Origin: Octopus sinensis
Taxonomy: Eukaryota
NCBI RefSeq assembly: GCF_006345805.1
Contig: NC_043005.1
Coordinates: 22,196,001-22,260,000 of the forward strand
Length of the DNA: 64,000 bases
Direction: 5' to 3'
Shown piece by piece: positions 12,340-25,743 of this stretch. The stretch's first letter is position 1, and every line of letters begins with the position of its first letter. Made by a program: the position numbers and the translations under genes. The notes under the pieces are model-generated. The model had not been told where the DNA came from and ran no database searches. It saw only the letters and a program-made list of their open reading frames with translations.

Positions 12340-13140
12340 CTCTACTAACCAGGCTTGATATGTAGAAAAGGAGTCAGTAATAGTTATGTATGGTACCAAA
12401 ACAGCTCTTGTACAGATGATGAGATATAATGGTAACATGCTGTTACAGACAGGCTGATAGAAAGGTACACTTCATATGTAGCAGATGCACAGGAGTAGTC
12501 AACAGTAACTTAGATTCTTTCAAATACCAGGAAGGTTTCCTAGAAATAATTGATAGCCTTTGTTTCCAATGTGATCTAATTAGCAGTAGAAGTAGGTGTC
12601 CTGAAAGTATAGTAGCAAAATGAAGAATGGGGCTGAAATTTTCAGGGAGTGAGAGGTAGATTATATATTTGTGTATGAAGCGTGATGTATGGCAGTGAGA
12701 CACAGGCTTTGAATGCAGAGGATTTGCAAAGGTTAGAAAGAAATGACACTATGCATCTAGTGGGGCAAACATGATCTACTAGATATGCAATGTTGGGTAT
12801 AAAAATAACAGAGTACAAATGAGCTGAGGGAAAAGCTGAATACATGAGGGATCAGATGTGATGAACAGAACGAGAAGGCTGCGCTGGTTATGGTTATATG
12901 ATACACATGGAGGGTATCAGTTGCATAAAGAAATCAGAAGTGTCAAGCAGTCAAAATAAATGGAGCCTTTGGACAAAGGAGATCTAAAAAGGCAGGAGAT
13001 AAAGTAGATAGTGAAGAGTAACTTAAAGAGACTGAACTTCACAATGCAAATGATAAAAAAAAAACATGGGAAATAGCAACACATGGTCCTGGAGAAGGCC
13101 CACCCAAGCAGGCAAGCATGGCAAAACAAGATAGTGATGG
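12340..13140 (+). mobile_element. RTE-clade LINE fragment (degenerate)
   Basis: LEIIDSLCFQCDLIS..CPESIVA, GSETQALNAEDLQRLERND and LRW-type motifs across frames. Confidence 0.7.
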
Positions 13141-13399
13141 AGACTGGGATGCATAATATTTCTATATGTTCCTGTTCTGTCTCCCTCTATTACTCACCCA
13201 ATCTCTTAACTTTCCTATTATTACTGTACCATACCATTAGTATAACAAGGGATGACACTGGATCTGTCTATATTCAGTCATTGCTACCATCCTCCTCCAT
13301 CGTGGTGCTGATGCAACAAAGGATGGCATTGATTTGTCGGTATTCAGTCCTTCAACTGTCACTCTTCTTTATTGCTAGTTATCTTCCTTTATCACTCAT

Positions 13400-14440
13400 A
13401 ATAATAATAATGAAATTATTGTGTATAGTGCTCAGGTGCACTACAACTCATCAAAGGTACATGTACAGTACATAGAATTATGTACAAAAGACAGGAAAGT
13501 GAACAGTGTAAGAGTCAGGGTATACATGTGTGCATGCGTACGGAGGTAGGGATATCAGGTGTAGTATTGGGGATTTTCAGGAACCATGGAGGTTTTAGAG
13601 GATGGAATGTCTTGGCAACTAACAACTGATGCAGTTAGTTTGTTCCATGCTTCAGCAACACTGAAGTGTGAAAAAATGTTTCCGAAAGTCATGGGAGCTG
13701 TGTTGTTTTCTGACTTTGTAGGCATGTCCATGTGTGTTAGACACATGGAGCTAAAAAAAGTGTTCAAGGTGGTTGTTGGTGCAAAGGTTAATAATTTTGT
13801 AGGTGTTTACTAAGTCAGTTGCCAGATATTGGAGCTTCAATGTATCTCTGCCCAGGGAAGCAAGGCGTTCAGAGTATGGTAAATGCCTGATGGAGGGTAT
13901 TCACTTGGTTGCATGTCTCTGAAAAGTTTCCAGGAGGTCAATGTTCTGAGCAAGATAGGGGTTCCAGACTGGTGATGCAAATTCCAAGTGTGACCACACC
14001 ATAGCCATATACAGCTTTAAATAAATAGCTGGAGAGTGGCTGACAAAGATCTTACTGAGTGATGCCAAGACACCCTCAGCCTTCTTGACAATTTTAGAGA
14101 TGTGCTTTGTCCAGTGCAAATTGCTGCTGACAGTAATACCCAGTTCACATTCACAAGAAGACTTCTTGACATTAGTATTGTGGAGAGAGTATGTGGATGC
14201 TGGGTTTTTCCTCCCAAAATGCATGGTGGTACACTTGTTCACAGCCAGCTCGAGTTGCGAGTCCGTGATCCATTGCTGCATTGCATCCAGGTCTGATTGC
14301 AGGAAAGATCTATAGTGTTCAGGAGCTGTCCTTTTTAGCTCAAGGTACAGCTTAATGTCATCTGCATATTTCAGCACTTTCTTTAAGTTGGCATCTATGT
14401 CATTAATGTATGCGACAAACATGGATATCCATCTCTTACA
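13400..14440 (-). mobile_element. CR1/L2-type LINE, 3' part with RT domain end
   Basis: VLKYADDIKLY (YADD), KCTTMHFGRKN, LYMAMVWSHLEFASPVWNPY..LETFQRHATK, with a (TTA)n tail near 13400. Confidence 0.9.
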
Positions 14441-15304
14441 ATCATCCATATTTATTGCCACTCATATCATCATCTATCACCCTGACCCCCTCATATCATT
14501 CTTTCTTTCCCCATAATGCCATGCTTGCTGTTTTCATTTTAATCTCCTTAACAATTTGCATGTGATTGTTTATTACTGATTCTTCTGTCTATCATTGTTT
14601 AATCTCACTATGTGATTTATCACTCTCTCTTTCTCTTCTAACTCTGGTTATCAGTCATTGCTCTCTCTCACTGTCTCCTCTAACCCTGCTTATCTCTCAG
14701 TATTCCCTCTTTTCTATTCATGCTGTTATAGTCTGTTTTCTTTGTCTCTTATCACTCTCTATTTTCCCTATTTTCTCCAGTCAACTGTATTGAACAGAGA
14801 TGATATAGGCTAAAGAGAACACTTTACTTATGCTGAGAACAAGCCAAGTTCTCTTGTGTTGGTGTCATAATAAAATGCCCTCAGTACACACCATAAAGTT
14901 GGCTGCCCTTGAAAGGGCATCAAGCTGTAGGAACTATGCCATAAATGTTAGGTACAGGGAAGACATGGTTCCTGAGCTGTCTAGGAGGGCAATTATTCCA
15001 AATAAGAGCTAACTTGGACCATGATGACCAATCCAACCAATGCCAGCATGGAAAGTGGATTCAGAATGTTGATGATGATGCACTCTTATTCCTGTGTACT
15101 TACCATATATAAAAATCAGCTAGCCTGTGGTCCCACTCCACTGTAAAACCTGTCCAACCCACACCATTATAGAAAGTGGATGTAAAGGACATACATACAC
15201 ACACTCATATATGTCACTATCACCATTGCTCTTCAATAATGATATAGAATAGAAAAAAAATATATAAAACACGAAAGTGGGGAGAAGAGTACTGAAAGAC
15301 TTAC

Positions 15305-15381
15305 TTTTTGTTTCCATCCTTCAATAGCCTCAAAAGATTCCCTGTCCACAGTGGAAAATACCAGAATACATATTTGAGCAC
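15305..15381 (-). CDS. RAB23: Rab23 coding exon 3 (77 nt)
   Basis: Acceptor cttctgtag, then GAQICILVFSTVDRESFEAIEGWKQK, then donor gtaagt. Confidence 0.96.
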
Positions 15382-16075
15382 CTACAGAAGAAATTCGAAA
15401 AACAAATAGAATGTTTTTTGCTCCTTGTGTGTGTGTGTAGTCCAAGGGCATAAAATTGAGAACAGAATTTGTAAACTGGAACTACAACATATGTATTTAT
15501 TATTTACTCTACAAAAGGTATAGTGTATATTTTTACTTTGTGTGTTTTTGCGTGTATGCATGAGTGTTTGCATGTATATTTTAATAGTAGTGTGTTTGCA
15601 AGTAATTATGAATACAGTAATATAATGAAGACATACACATATGATGTACCTGTAGATATGAATTGTGGATAAGCAATTTGGATTTTAAGAGGTTCAGATG
15701 ACAAGGAACTGTTATTCAATTGTTTAGCCCTAAGTCAGCCCAAATTTAGCAGATAGATGCTCAAAAACGTTTCAACTACAAACATGCCTCTTCTATACAA
15801 CAATACATTGTCCAAATGGTCTTTCCTTTTCTGTATGTAGATAAGGGATTAACCTTTTGGTTTAAATATCAGGAATTCAAATCCATAGTAACCATTTTGT
15901 TCAATCTGTAGACAGAGTTAATAGGAAGGGTTACAAGATCATCTGAGAGTGCTATTTCCAATAGATTGGTGTCTTATCTAGAGGAAAAGTTATTTCACTC
16001 TTAAAGACCACCACCACTAAATTTAGATGTTTACATTTATTTTACATTGTGTTCATAGCCCAGGATAGATCAGTC

Positions 16076-16310
16076 CACTTAGATGTAAATAGGTATCCCA
16101 CAGAGGTGTAGTTCATTACTGTACCCACTCCATCTAGCTGTATGCAGGTACCATACAGAGGGACAGTTCACCGATGCACTCTGTCTGTGTGGCTGCATCT
16201 AAGTACCATATAATGGTATACTTTACTACTGTACCAGTCCACCTAGCTGTCTGTAGTTATCATACAAAGGTGCCTTTTTCCCATTATACCCAACCTATCT
16301 AGTTGCAACA
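16076..16310. repeat. Degenerate minisatellite of about 55 bp, about 4 copies
   Basis: Recurring ccayytagctgt..aggtaccatacagagg..agttca..actgtacc units at 54-55 nt spacing. Confidence 0.65.
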
Positions 16311-17051
16311 AGGTTGTTTGTGGATGTTAAACTTTACTATTGTAGTCAGAGAGTATTGTGTAATTTGTGAATGTTCAACTGATTTGCAGTGTTGGGTTAC
16401 CTGATGACGTATCTTGGCTAAACTCTCTTGGAGTCCAATAAGAATACTCATCCATTGATGGATATATCTGATTAGAAATAATGAAGCACCTGATTCTATT
16501 GGTCATAATAAAGTGACAATAAATTATGATTTATTTGATCAAACATAAAGCCATATTTTACTTGGAAGTGTATATAGTGGAGTGATTGAGTCTCCAATAT
16601 AAAAGCATATTGTAATTTGCTTAAGAATTACAAATGTGTAAATGATATAAATGCTTGAAAAAACATTGAGCAATACAAGTAAAAAGTTAGGCAAAATATG
16701 TAAAGTGATGCTAATAAATAAAAACAAAAAGAAAAGATATATTGTCATACATAGGTTGTTTAATGATCCTTCAAAATTTTGAGAAAGGTTCTCATTTTCA
16801 AGTAAAAGAAAGAAAACATATATCAGTATATTGCTAGTGGTTAAGCTCTTGATTCCAGAAGAATGACAAAGCTCATTAATCCAATTAAGATTTGAACTCA
16901 TAATGCAGAGAGATAAAACTAAAAAGTGTAAGACATGCATTGTACATTTATTAGTAACTCATCCAACTCAGAAAAACAAATGCGAACTAATAAGGGCACC
17001 TCAATATAGTCACTTAACCTGTTAGAAATAACAGCCAAATCACACACTGGA

Positions 17052-17082
<31 letters not shown>

Positions 17083-17177
17083 GGTATGGTGATGCAAACA
17101 GGAAAAATAGAACTTATACACACACACATACATACTAATAGGTTTGACCCTAGAGTCACTCTTGCTTCTGAGACATC

Positions 17178-18314
17178 TATGAGGGAGAGTCAAAAATTAT
17201 AAATTATACACACTCTTGTTTTTTCAATGTATTTATACAAATGCAGGGGATAAACAAGTATATCATTTTTCTATATAGTCTCCTACCTTTCCAATGCATT
17301 TGGTCCAGTGGTCCACAAGCTTGCATATTCCCTCCAAGAAGGTTTTCAGTTGATCATGCAACCATTTATGCACCACTTCCTATGTGAACATCATCCATAG
17401 GAAATCGACAATCAAGTAAACCATCTTTGAGTGGTCCAAAAGATATGATAGTTAGAAGGGTCAAAATCTGGGCTGTAGGCAGGGTGTTCCAGCACCTCAA
17501 AACCCAGTTCATTAATGGTTTCAACAGTTTGGGTGACCATGTGTGGGCATGCATTGTAATGAAACAACAAAACTTTCTTTGACAATAGGCTTTGGCATTT
17601 GGTGCAAATTGCTGGCTTCAGTTTGTTGGCCAGGAAGGCACTATATCTTGCACTGTTGATCATAAACCCCTTTTCCAGGTAGTCTTCAAGTATAGGCCCT
17701 TTTGAGTCCCCAAAAGAGTTAGTCTCAACTTTCCCATGGAAAACTGAGTCTTGAATTTCTTCATTGCTGACGAGCCAGGATGTTTCAACTCCATACTCTG
17801 TCTTTTAGATTCTGCCTCATAATGATGGACCCATGCTTCATTTGTGGCTAAAAATTCCTCATTGTTGTAGCAATCAAGTAAACATTTGCAGACCTCAAGA
17901 CATTTGCACTTGTGCTCTACAGTAAGCTCTCTTGGCACCCATCTTGCACAGACTTTATGGAATCTGAGCTCATTGTGGACGATTTGATTGGCAGAACCAT
18001 GACAATCTGCAGAGAATGAGCTACCTCATCATATGGTAACTTGCTGGTTCACCATTACCATCTCTAAAGCTTGCAGAATCTTCTCATCAATGGTGGAGGT
18101 TGACAGGCATCCCCATATTGTGGTAAAAGCCTCTTATGAATTCCAGCACCTGACAGACCTTCCAACCATAGAAATTGGAACATGATTAGGCTCAAACTTC
18201 AATCATGTGGCCACAATAGTACCAACTATAAGCACACATGCACAGAAGGCAGAGTGACAATAATAAAGATATGTTATGGTGAAAGTGTGGATAATTTTTT
18301 TACTTCCCTTCGTG
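17178..18314 (-). mobile_element. Mariner (D,D34D) transposon, degenerate, with both TIRs
   Basis: WVPRELT, EAWVHHYEAESKRQSME and HPAYSPDFDPSNY motifs. TIRs are tatgagggagagtcaaaaattat and ataattttttacttcccttcgtg. Confidence 0.92.
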
Positions 18315-18360
<46 letters not shown>

Positions 18361-18827
18361 CACACACATATATATAACCGAGCAATTATAGATTACAATG
18401 TACAAACCATTATTGCTTGCTAATTGATAGATAAATAACAGCTTGATTTACTGCTTGACCTGATTAAAAATAGAATACCAATGAATGTCATACACCCAAA
18501 CAAGAATTTGAACACAGCACTGCTAGCATGCGAAACACATTCCAAATTCACAGCAATTATTACTAACAACACTAAGTTCCTATTGTCTTATACCTAATTG
18601 AAAGTTATATATCTTAAGCATAGATGAATATATTGTCAGTGACAGAATGTGAATTATTGATTTCTTAGGTGATTGTCAAGGACTGACTTAAACAGCTACA
18701 TTCTCCATGGACACGAAACATCTTGATCATGAGAAGAAGAAAAAAACAAAACTTCAATTGTATTTGGGAAGTAATGAGGTGTTTGAGAGAAAAATACATG
18801 TTAGAAATTTAATGAAATATATTATAC

Positions 18828-18913
18828 CTCGATAATATGCCTTAGTGATGGCATCAAATTCTTCTTGGCCAGCTGTGTCCCACAGCATTAAATGTATATT
18901 CTGGGTACCCACT
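18828..18913 (-). CDS. RAB23: Rab23 coding exon 2 (86 nt)
   Basis: Acceptor tttag, then [28 protein letters not shown] (G3 WDTAGQE), then donor gtataa. Phase matches exons 1 and 3. Confidence 0.97.
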
Positions 18914-20954
18914 CTAAATATAATAAAACAACTTAATAATCAATGTCTTCTTTTTTTAAGAAAGCTATTTGAGAAAAAAAAAGATGTTAATATGATGTTT
19001 GACTATTTCAGGACTATTTTCTTCCTCTTAAATGTTCATCATTGTAAATGATTCAAGGTTTCAGTCAATTTTCTCCAATTGCCTTCAGGTGATATGTTCC
19101 TAAACAAGGCTTGGCTAGAATTTAAATCAGGAAACTATAATTATTACTGCTGACTATTCGCTCTGCTATTTTAACCAGTATTATTTGTCCAGATGAACTA
19201 TTAACATGACTACTACACCATGCTCTGACCCAGCTCAGAAATGAACATATATAGTATTCAAAGAAACAGCAAAACATTTTAAAATCATACCAACATGAGT
19301 GATAATGAACATCAAAGATTAGGAAAATAGTGTTATTAAAAATATAATTTGAAATATTTTTGAAGTGAAGCAAAGATAATGTAATTTCAATGACTAATAT
19401 TTTAATTATTTTATCAGTTCAACAAATATGGGAGAAACTCTGGTTATAATTTGACCTAATAAGACTTCAGCAGAACACAGAACTCACTGTGTGAACCAAA
19501 GTATTGATGAGAGAATCACAAAGTGGATATGTATTTTACATGAGCAGATATTAAAAATCAATAGTAGTAATAATGATGATGATGATTGTTTCTGATTTAG
19601 GCACAAGGTCAACAATTTTGAAAAGTGGTAGTGGGCAGGACAAGCCAATTCCATTGACAAAAGTATTTGACTGGTGCCTCATTTTATCAACCCTGGAGGA
19701 ATAAAAGCAATGCTGACTTTAGCATGACTTGAACTCAGAAAAGAAAGAGCCAAAAGATATATTGCAAGGCATTTTCTCTGATGCTCTAATGATTCTGACA
19801 ATCCACCATGCTGATAACAATAATTGTTTCTAATCAAAGTACAAACCTGAACTTTGGGGATAGAGAATGGTATTTACAGAGAACTTCAATGAAGGATTGG
19901 GTAGATATCAAGTGGGAGAGGGCATTAAATATGAGAAATGGTAGGGAGGTAGACTTGGGTGGAGAGCATGTGTCATGAACTGTCAATGGAACAGGAAATT
20001 ATTATTATTGATTTCTTATATTGGCATTAAAGTTTAAAGCAAAGATGTGGCAAATTAAACTGACTGGTACTATTCAAGGCAGTGAGCTGACAGAATCATT
20101 AGCATGCCAGGCAAAATGCTTAGCAGCATCTCATCTATCTTCAAGTTCAAGTTCCACTGAGGTCAACTTTACGTTTTATCCTTTTGGTGGTTGGAGAGGG
20201 AGGGGGGATAAAATAAGTACCAGTTGAACACTGGGGCTGATGCAATTGATTTGCTCCTTTCCCAAAATTGCAGGCCTTGTGCCAAAATTTGAAATCAATA
20301 TGACTGGTATTATTTTATAGAACATGGAAAAATAAAAAGCAAAATTAAATCAGACTGTCATTGAAGTTCTCAGTACTAAGGAGAATGTTTTGCAAGATGA
20401 CAGCTAAATCACAGAACATATGACAAGTGTACAAAGCATGTAGAGAAACTAAGAAGAATGTAAATAAATGAGTGAAATGATTTAGGTTAAATATTGTGTG
20501 GTGTATGATTTAAACACATTCATTCACAACATAAATCAAAATTTGTGAACCTTCTCCAACAATAACATGATTTCTAAGATAAGCACACAATGTTGCAAAT
20601 TTTAGAGAAAAGCTGTGGCTGATTTAATTCTCAATGTTCCCAATCAACTACAACCTTATATATCCTGTTCTACCATTAGTGTCTTGAGTTTGTCAGCAAT
20701 TACTGCATCACTGTTTCCAACAAGATTCCCAGAATTTATTGTTTCATGGGTCAGCTCCCAAATGATGATTTGGTGATTTAATTGATTCCAATATCTGATT
20801 GTTGCTGATTACATGCATCCAACAATAAACAAATGACAAATTCTATGTTATAACTATTTCAGCTGTATCTCAATCAATCTTTCATCTTAGAATCAAGTCA
20901 CTGCACTAATAACATGACTATACAAACAAGCAATAAATCCAAGGATAAACTCAC

Positions 20955-21109
20955 ATTATTTGTTTCTCCAAGAAATCAACACCAATTGTCTTCTTATATT
21001 CTTGTGTAAATATGCCTTTGCAGTAACGCTGGATCATGCTAGACTTACCAACACCACCGTTACCAACAACTACAATCTTTATAGAAGTCTCAAAGTCTTC
21101 TCCATACAT
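20955..21109 (-). CDS. RAB23: Rab23 small GTPase, coding exon 1 (155 nt)
   Basis: Translates MYGEDFETSIKIVVVGNGGVGKSSMIQRYCKGIFTQEYKKTIGVDFLEKQI, with the G1 P-loop and the Rab23-typical QRYCKGIFT..YKKTIGVDFLE. Followed by donor gtgagt. Confidence 0.97.
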
Positions 21110-21414
21110 TTTCTAAAATTTCAATCTGGTAATATAAAAAAAAAATTTAAATACCTGAGATGAGCTGTATTTAATAATTATATTTGTATTTCTCAGATCA
21201 TTTTCATCAGCCTTAACAAAAAACATTTTATTTTTTCAATTTATCAAATTATTATTAAATTTATTTAAAAAATAATTGTCTCATAAATTTTAATCATTTT
21301 TGTAAGACATTCCTTGATTTGAAGAGCTGACAGCTTACACTCATTAGTTTCTAACATTGGCACAAATTTTGAAAAATGTAAGAGAGAAACACTGATTCCA
21401 GTACGTGTCTGGGC

Positions 21415-21845
21415 CAAATCAGTTCAAATGAGGACTGAACTTGCAACAGAAAGGGAATTATTCTGCAACATGATAATACAAGGCCATATTCAGTGATGAT
21501 AACCCAAGCAAAGATAAATTCATTAGGCTGTGAATCTCTACCTCACCTTCCTTATTCACCGAACCTAGCACCATCAGATTTTCACTTATTCAAGTTACTT
21601 GAACACTTCACAAGTGGAAAAACATTCAGAAGCAGGGACTGTTGAAACGGCACTCCAAACGCTTTTATCTTCAAAAGAACTTGACTTTTTTGCCCAAAGT
21701 ATAAGAAACTGGTTTTGACGAGGGGAAAATGTTATTGCTTTTGATAGCAATTATACTTTGACTGAATAAATATATTTAAGATATGTTTTATGATGATTTG
21801 AACTCGTTACATGAAATAGAACATTACTTTCCAGAACCCTTAATA
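21415..21845 (+). mobile_element. Mariner transposase 3' fragment with right TIR
   Basis: LQHDNTRPYS and PHLPYSPNLAPSDFHLF; ends in gaacattactttccagaacccttaata. Confidence 0.85.
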
Positions 21846-22252
21846 TATGTGTGTGCATATGCCAAGCTAAAGGATATTTTTAAAAGCATAGAAAACTGTG
21901 AACACTGACTGAAGGAAATGCAGAGTGAAATATTTTAAATAAACCAACAGGACTTTGAAGTTTCATCAATAGTTGGCCTCTGTGTGTGTGTGCATGTTAA
22001 TGGTGATTTACTGGCAATTTACTGATTGTTGTGTGCAAAATAATCCTATTTTACTGAAATTTCTCACTGAGCTGGAAAAAGAAAACAAAGATCTAGTGGC
22101 AATAGTTTGGGACTCTCAAAAAGAAACAATATTAAGAAATTAAAAATCAATTTTTCATACAAATTTAGATGCTTAAGAAAAGGATCATTTTATTTTTATC
22201 TACATGCACGGGACAACTATAGGCATGCTTGTCAGTCAAACCTTATCAGCAT

Positions 22253-22275
22253 TGTGTGTGTGTGTGTGTGCGTGC

Positions 22276-22317
<42 letters not shown>

Positions 22318-22336
22318 ATGCGTGTGTGTGTGTGTG
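22253..22336. repeat. (TG)n microsatellite
   Basis: Read directly from the sequence. Confidence 0.95.
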
Positions 22337-23384
22337 TTTATGTATGTATATAATTTTTTATGTCCAATTTCTAAACTGGCATAGTTGGATCTATGCCAAT
22401 TCTGACTGGGAGCTACTACCTGCATAGATTGATGCTTACATTTCATTTTTGTCTTGATTTCAGTAGTTGGATGCCCTTCTTATCTCCAACAATTTTTTAG
22501 AGTGTATTAAGAACATTTTATCACAGTACCAGTACTAGTAAGGCTATCACATCCTAAGCAAGACAAGACTAAATGTTTTCCCTTTATGTTATACAATCAA
22601 CTTTATTGTCAGCTGTTGAATCGCTTCAATACAGTGGTGATTTCCAACCATAATGTTAATGGTATAAAACTTATAGTTCAGGACCTGTAAACTTTTTTGC
22701 CTTAAATCTCTCTCTCTCACACACACACCAATAAGGAAAAGTCCACATGTTTGCATGACCTGGATAGAAGATAAATCTCTCTGATTACATCTTATTATCG
22801 TAAAGAAAAGACAGACACATCGAAAACTGTGAAAACTGTTTGATTGAAAAAAAAAAATGAGATGGTCACAACAAGTACACTTTCCACCATAGCTCTGGTG
22901 GCTAAATGTGGAAAATGAACAACACATATATACATACATATAATTGTCAACTTGATGCAACAAAATGCCCAGAATGCTATGCAATAGGATCAAACTCAGA
23001 ACCACATAGTTGTAAAATGAAATTCTTAAATACACAGCTATCTCCATTTGTATGTAGATGTGTTGGATGGCATATACATAGACTGGAGACAACTTAATCT
23101 ATGGATAAACAAAGAGGATAAATCTGTCTGAATATATCAAGAACAGCACTTAATAGTGCTACACATCAACAAGAAATGCAGGCAACTCAACTACTATTAA
23201 AAATTATCTTAAAATATATGATGTACATCTATGCTATTATCGACCAACAGAGAAACCATTTTATCTGATAACTAGCACTATGACCCAGTATGCTAGTGCA
23301 TGCATATACAGCTGCATGCGTGCATACATACACACGAGTACTGTCCAAATATCCGACCAATCACATACAGCTAGCTGCCATTCA

Positions 23385-23630
23385 ATTGGCGTATCAAGTT
23401 TTGGGCATTTTGATTGGTTTTGGATAGAAAATTCACAAAAAAGTCACTTCTATTGATTTTTTAATGGCTTTGCGGGGTGACTGGGGAAATGTAAAGATGT
23501 GCACGACCACTCTTGGATGGTTTTGAATGACCATAGAAAGTGCGAGCCCTCTAACTGAAAAATTGTGGATTTGTATAAAGGATACGTGCACACACACAGA
23601 CATTTTGCCGTTTATATATATATAGAGAGA
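23385..23630 (-). mobile_element. Non-autonomous Helitron-like element fragment
   Basis: Minus-strand start TCTCTATATATATATAAACGGCAAAATGTCTGTGTGTG. The same terminal architecture occurs at 30220-30290 and 55820-56380. Confidence 0.5.
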
Positions 23631-25460
23631 GATGAGTGCATGCAATATCTCGGTTAATGCACCAGTACACTTTTTAGTGAATTGACCCAATTGCTTTTCA
23701 GTTTGCCATTTAATGAAATGACTCTCCGAACAGAAAGAAGCCAAGATACAAATTCAGCTGTCTGAGAAAATTGGTACTCCCCTCTCTACAATAATTACAA
23801 ATGTCTACATGGAGCCTATATTGAAGAAACTGAATACTTTTCTATGCAGCTATAGAGTTGAACAACAAATTTACACTGTATTACCAAAAAAAAACTTCAA
23901 AAATATCATTCATTTATGTCAGTAGTTCTATAAAATATTACCGTAATTTTTAAAAAAAGTGATTTAATAATTCGTGTAAACATTCTTACACATATAAAGA
24001 CATTTTTTGATTTCTGTGATTATCTGCTGGGGTAGTTTATAATTAAATCTGTGGTAAGTGTATGTGATATTATTGAGTATAGCATTCACTATTAATGATG
24101 TAGAATATCAGTTTTAGGTGGGGGGAAAAATCAATATAAAACCTGATAATTTTTTTAAAAATCATTTATTTATTGTACATGTATTAAGAAACAAGTACTA
24201 GTTGATTGTGGTACTTTCCCACCCAGGTCAGTGCACTATTTCTTGCAGAACAGTTAAGAACCCAAACAACCGAAGAAAGTTTCCAGGGAGATAGCCATGG
24301 CAGCAGAAATCAGCTCAAGGTGGTTGACATGACATCACAGAACCTTTTTACAGGCAAATGCTATTTTGGCCCCTGCTGTCGAAAGAGTAAAAAGCTGACC
24401 TTTAGATATTTGCTGAAGTTACAGAAAAGTCCCTGACAATGCAAATGCCTTAATGAAAAGAAACAGGTTGCAACATCTTTAAATAGCTCCCACACTTTCC
24501 ATTTGGTGAGAATCATCTCATGTTTATTCCATCCATTTACCATGTTGTGTAACTGGATTTATGTTTGTTTATATAACTACGTAAGTACAACCTACTCAGC
24601 TTTTTGGGTACCCCAGACTTTACATATGAAATAGAAAAATCTTCCAAAATACTTGACAGACCACTTTATTTTGGTTTCTGTGCACACACTAAGAATGTAG
24701 TGGTTGGTATGTGCAAAGAAATTTCAACATAATACCATTACAACTGTGACCAACCCATCATTTTTAAGGAATCAAAACTGTTTTTCAAATTAGTACCAAC
24801 AAAAGTGATGGGCATACCATCTTTTTAAGGCAGCTTAAATCATGCTTAGTGTCCTTTGGGTATGGGGAGAATCCACTAGTAAAGATACAACATCAATCTG
24901 TCTCATGACAACTCGACCCCACAAAGATGGTGGGTGACTCAACGAAAAAAAGTCTACAAGGACCAATCACGCAACAATGGTCTCCAGTAAACAATAATAC
25001 AAAGCTCGTGACTGTGGTGACTAACGCTAACGGCGAAATTGTCAGTTCACATCCTTATACAGCCTGAGATCGATGTTGCCAAATGAACTTCGCTTTTACT
25101 GAAGTCGTAGATCAAAAGGACTGTATCAATCCTGACCCCTTAATCCAACCTTATCCTTCTAACCAATAATCCATATAAACTGAATTAAATTTCTTTGAAT
25201 ATTACTTGAATTTCAGTGCCTGTGCAAGAACCAAAATTAACCAGAGCGTCAAATATTTATGAGAGTTTCGGTGATCCAAATTGTTTTCAAAACGAAAGAT
25301 CGCCAGAAATTCTTGTTTAGAACTGTAACCATTTTTTTTTAAAGCTCAGGGAAAGTATTTACCATTTTAAACTATGTATATACGTGTCTATAACCACAGC
25401 ACCCTGAACATAGTCTTTTTATAATAGTTTACAAGTTTTGTGCGATGTCACTCTGGCTTA

Positions 25461-25743
25461 CAGGTTCCCAACAGTGTCACGGCACACTTGTATATCACGA
25501 GATAAAGCTAGGGGCATTGCAGAAATTAAATATTTTAAGAAAACAGATAACTATAAGCTTAAAGTCTAACTATAAAGTTATGGTAACTGTGCTTCCTTTA
25601 TTGAATAAAAAGAACTAAATAGTTACGAAAATATATAACTTTATTTTAAATACATTTTTTTAATTTTAGGATGAACGAATTAAGTCAAAATGTTTTTAGC
25701 TTGCTTACGGTGCGTCACAAGTAAAACAAGTTTGGAAATCATG
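25461..25743. mobile_element. hAT-like MITE (degenerate)
   Basis: Termini caggttcccaaca and gtttggaaatcatg resemble CAGGGGTTCCCAAAC-type TIRs. Confidence 0.4.

Noticed and set aside
12331-12350. CTGATGAGTC hammerhead-like start
   Set aside because: No downstream GAAA or stem III.
16076-16310. Regularly spaced repeats as a CRISPR-like array
   Set aside because: The whole unit is repeated and degenerate, there are no unique spacers, and the context is eukaryotic with no cas genes.
24380-24900. Possible transposase remnant
   Set aside because: No recognisable motif could be read in any frame.
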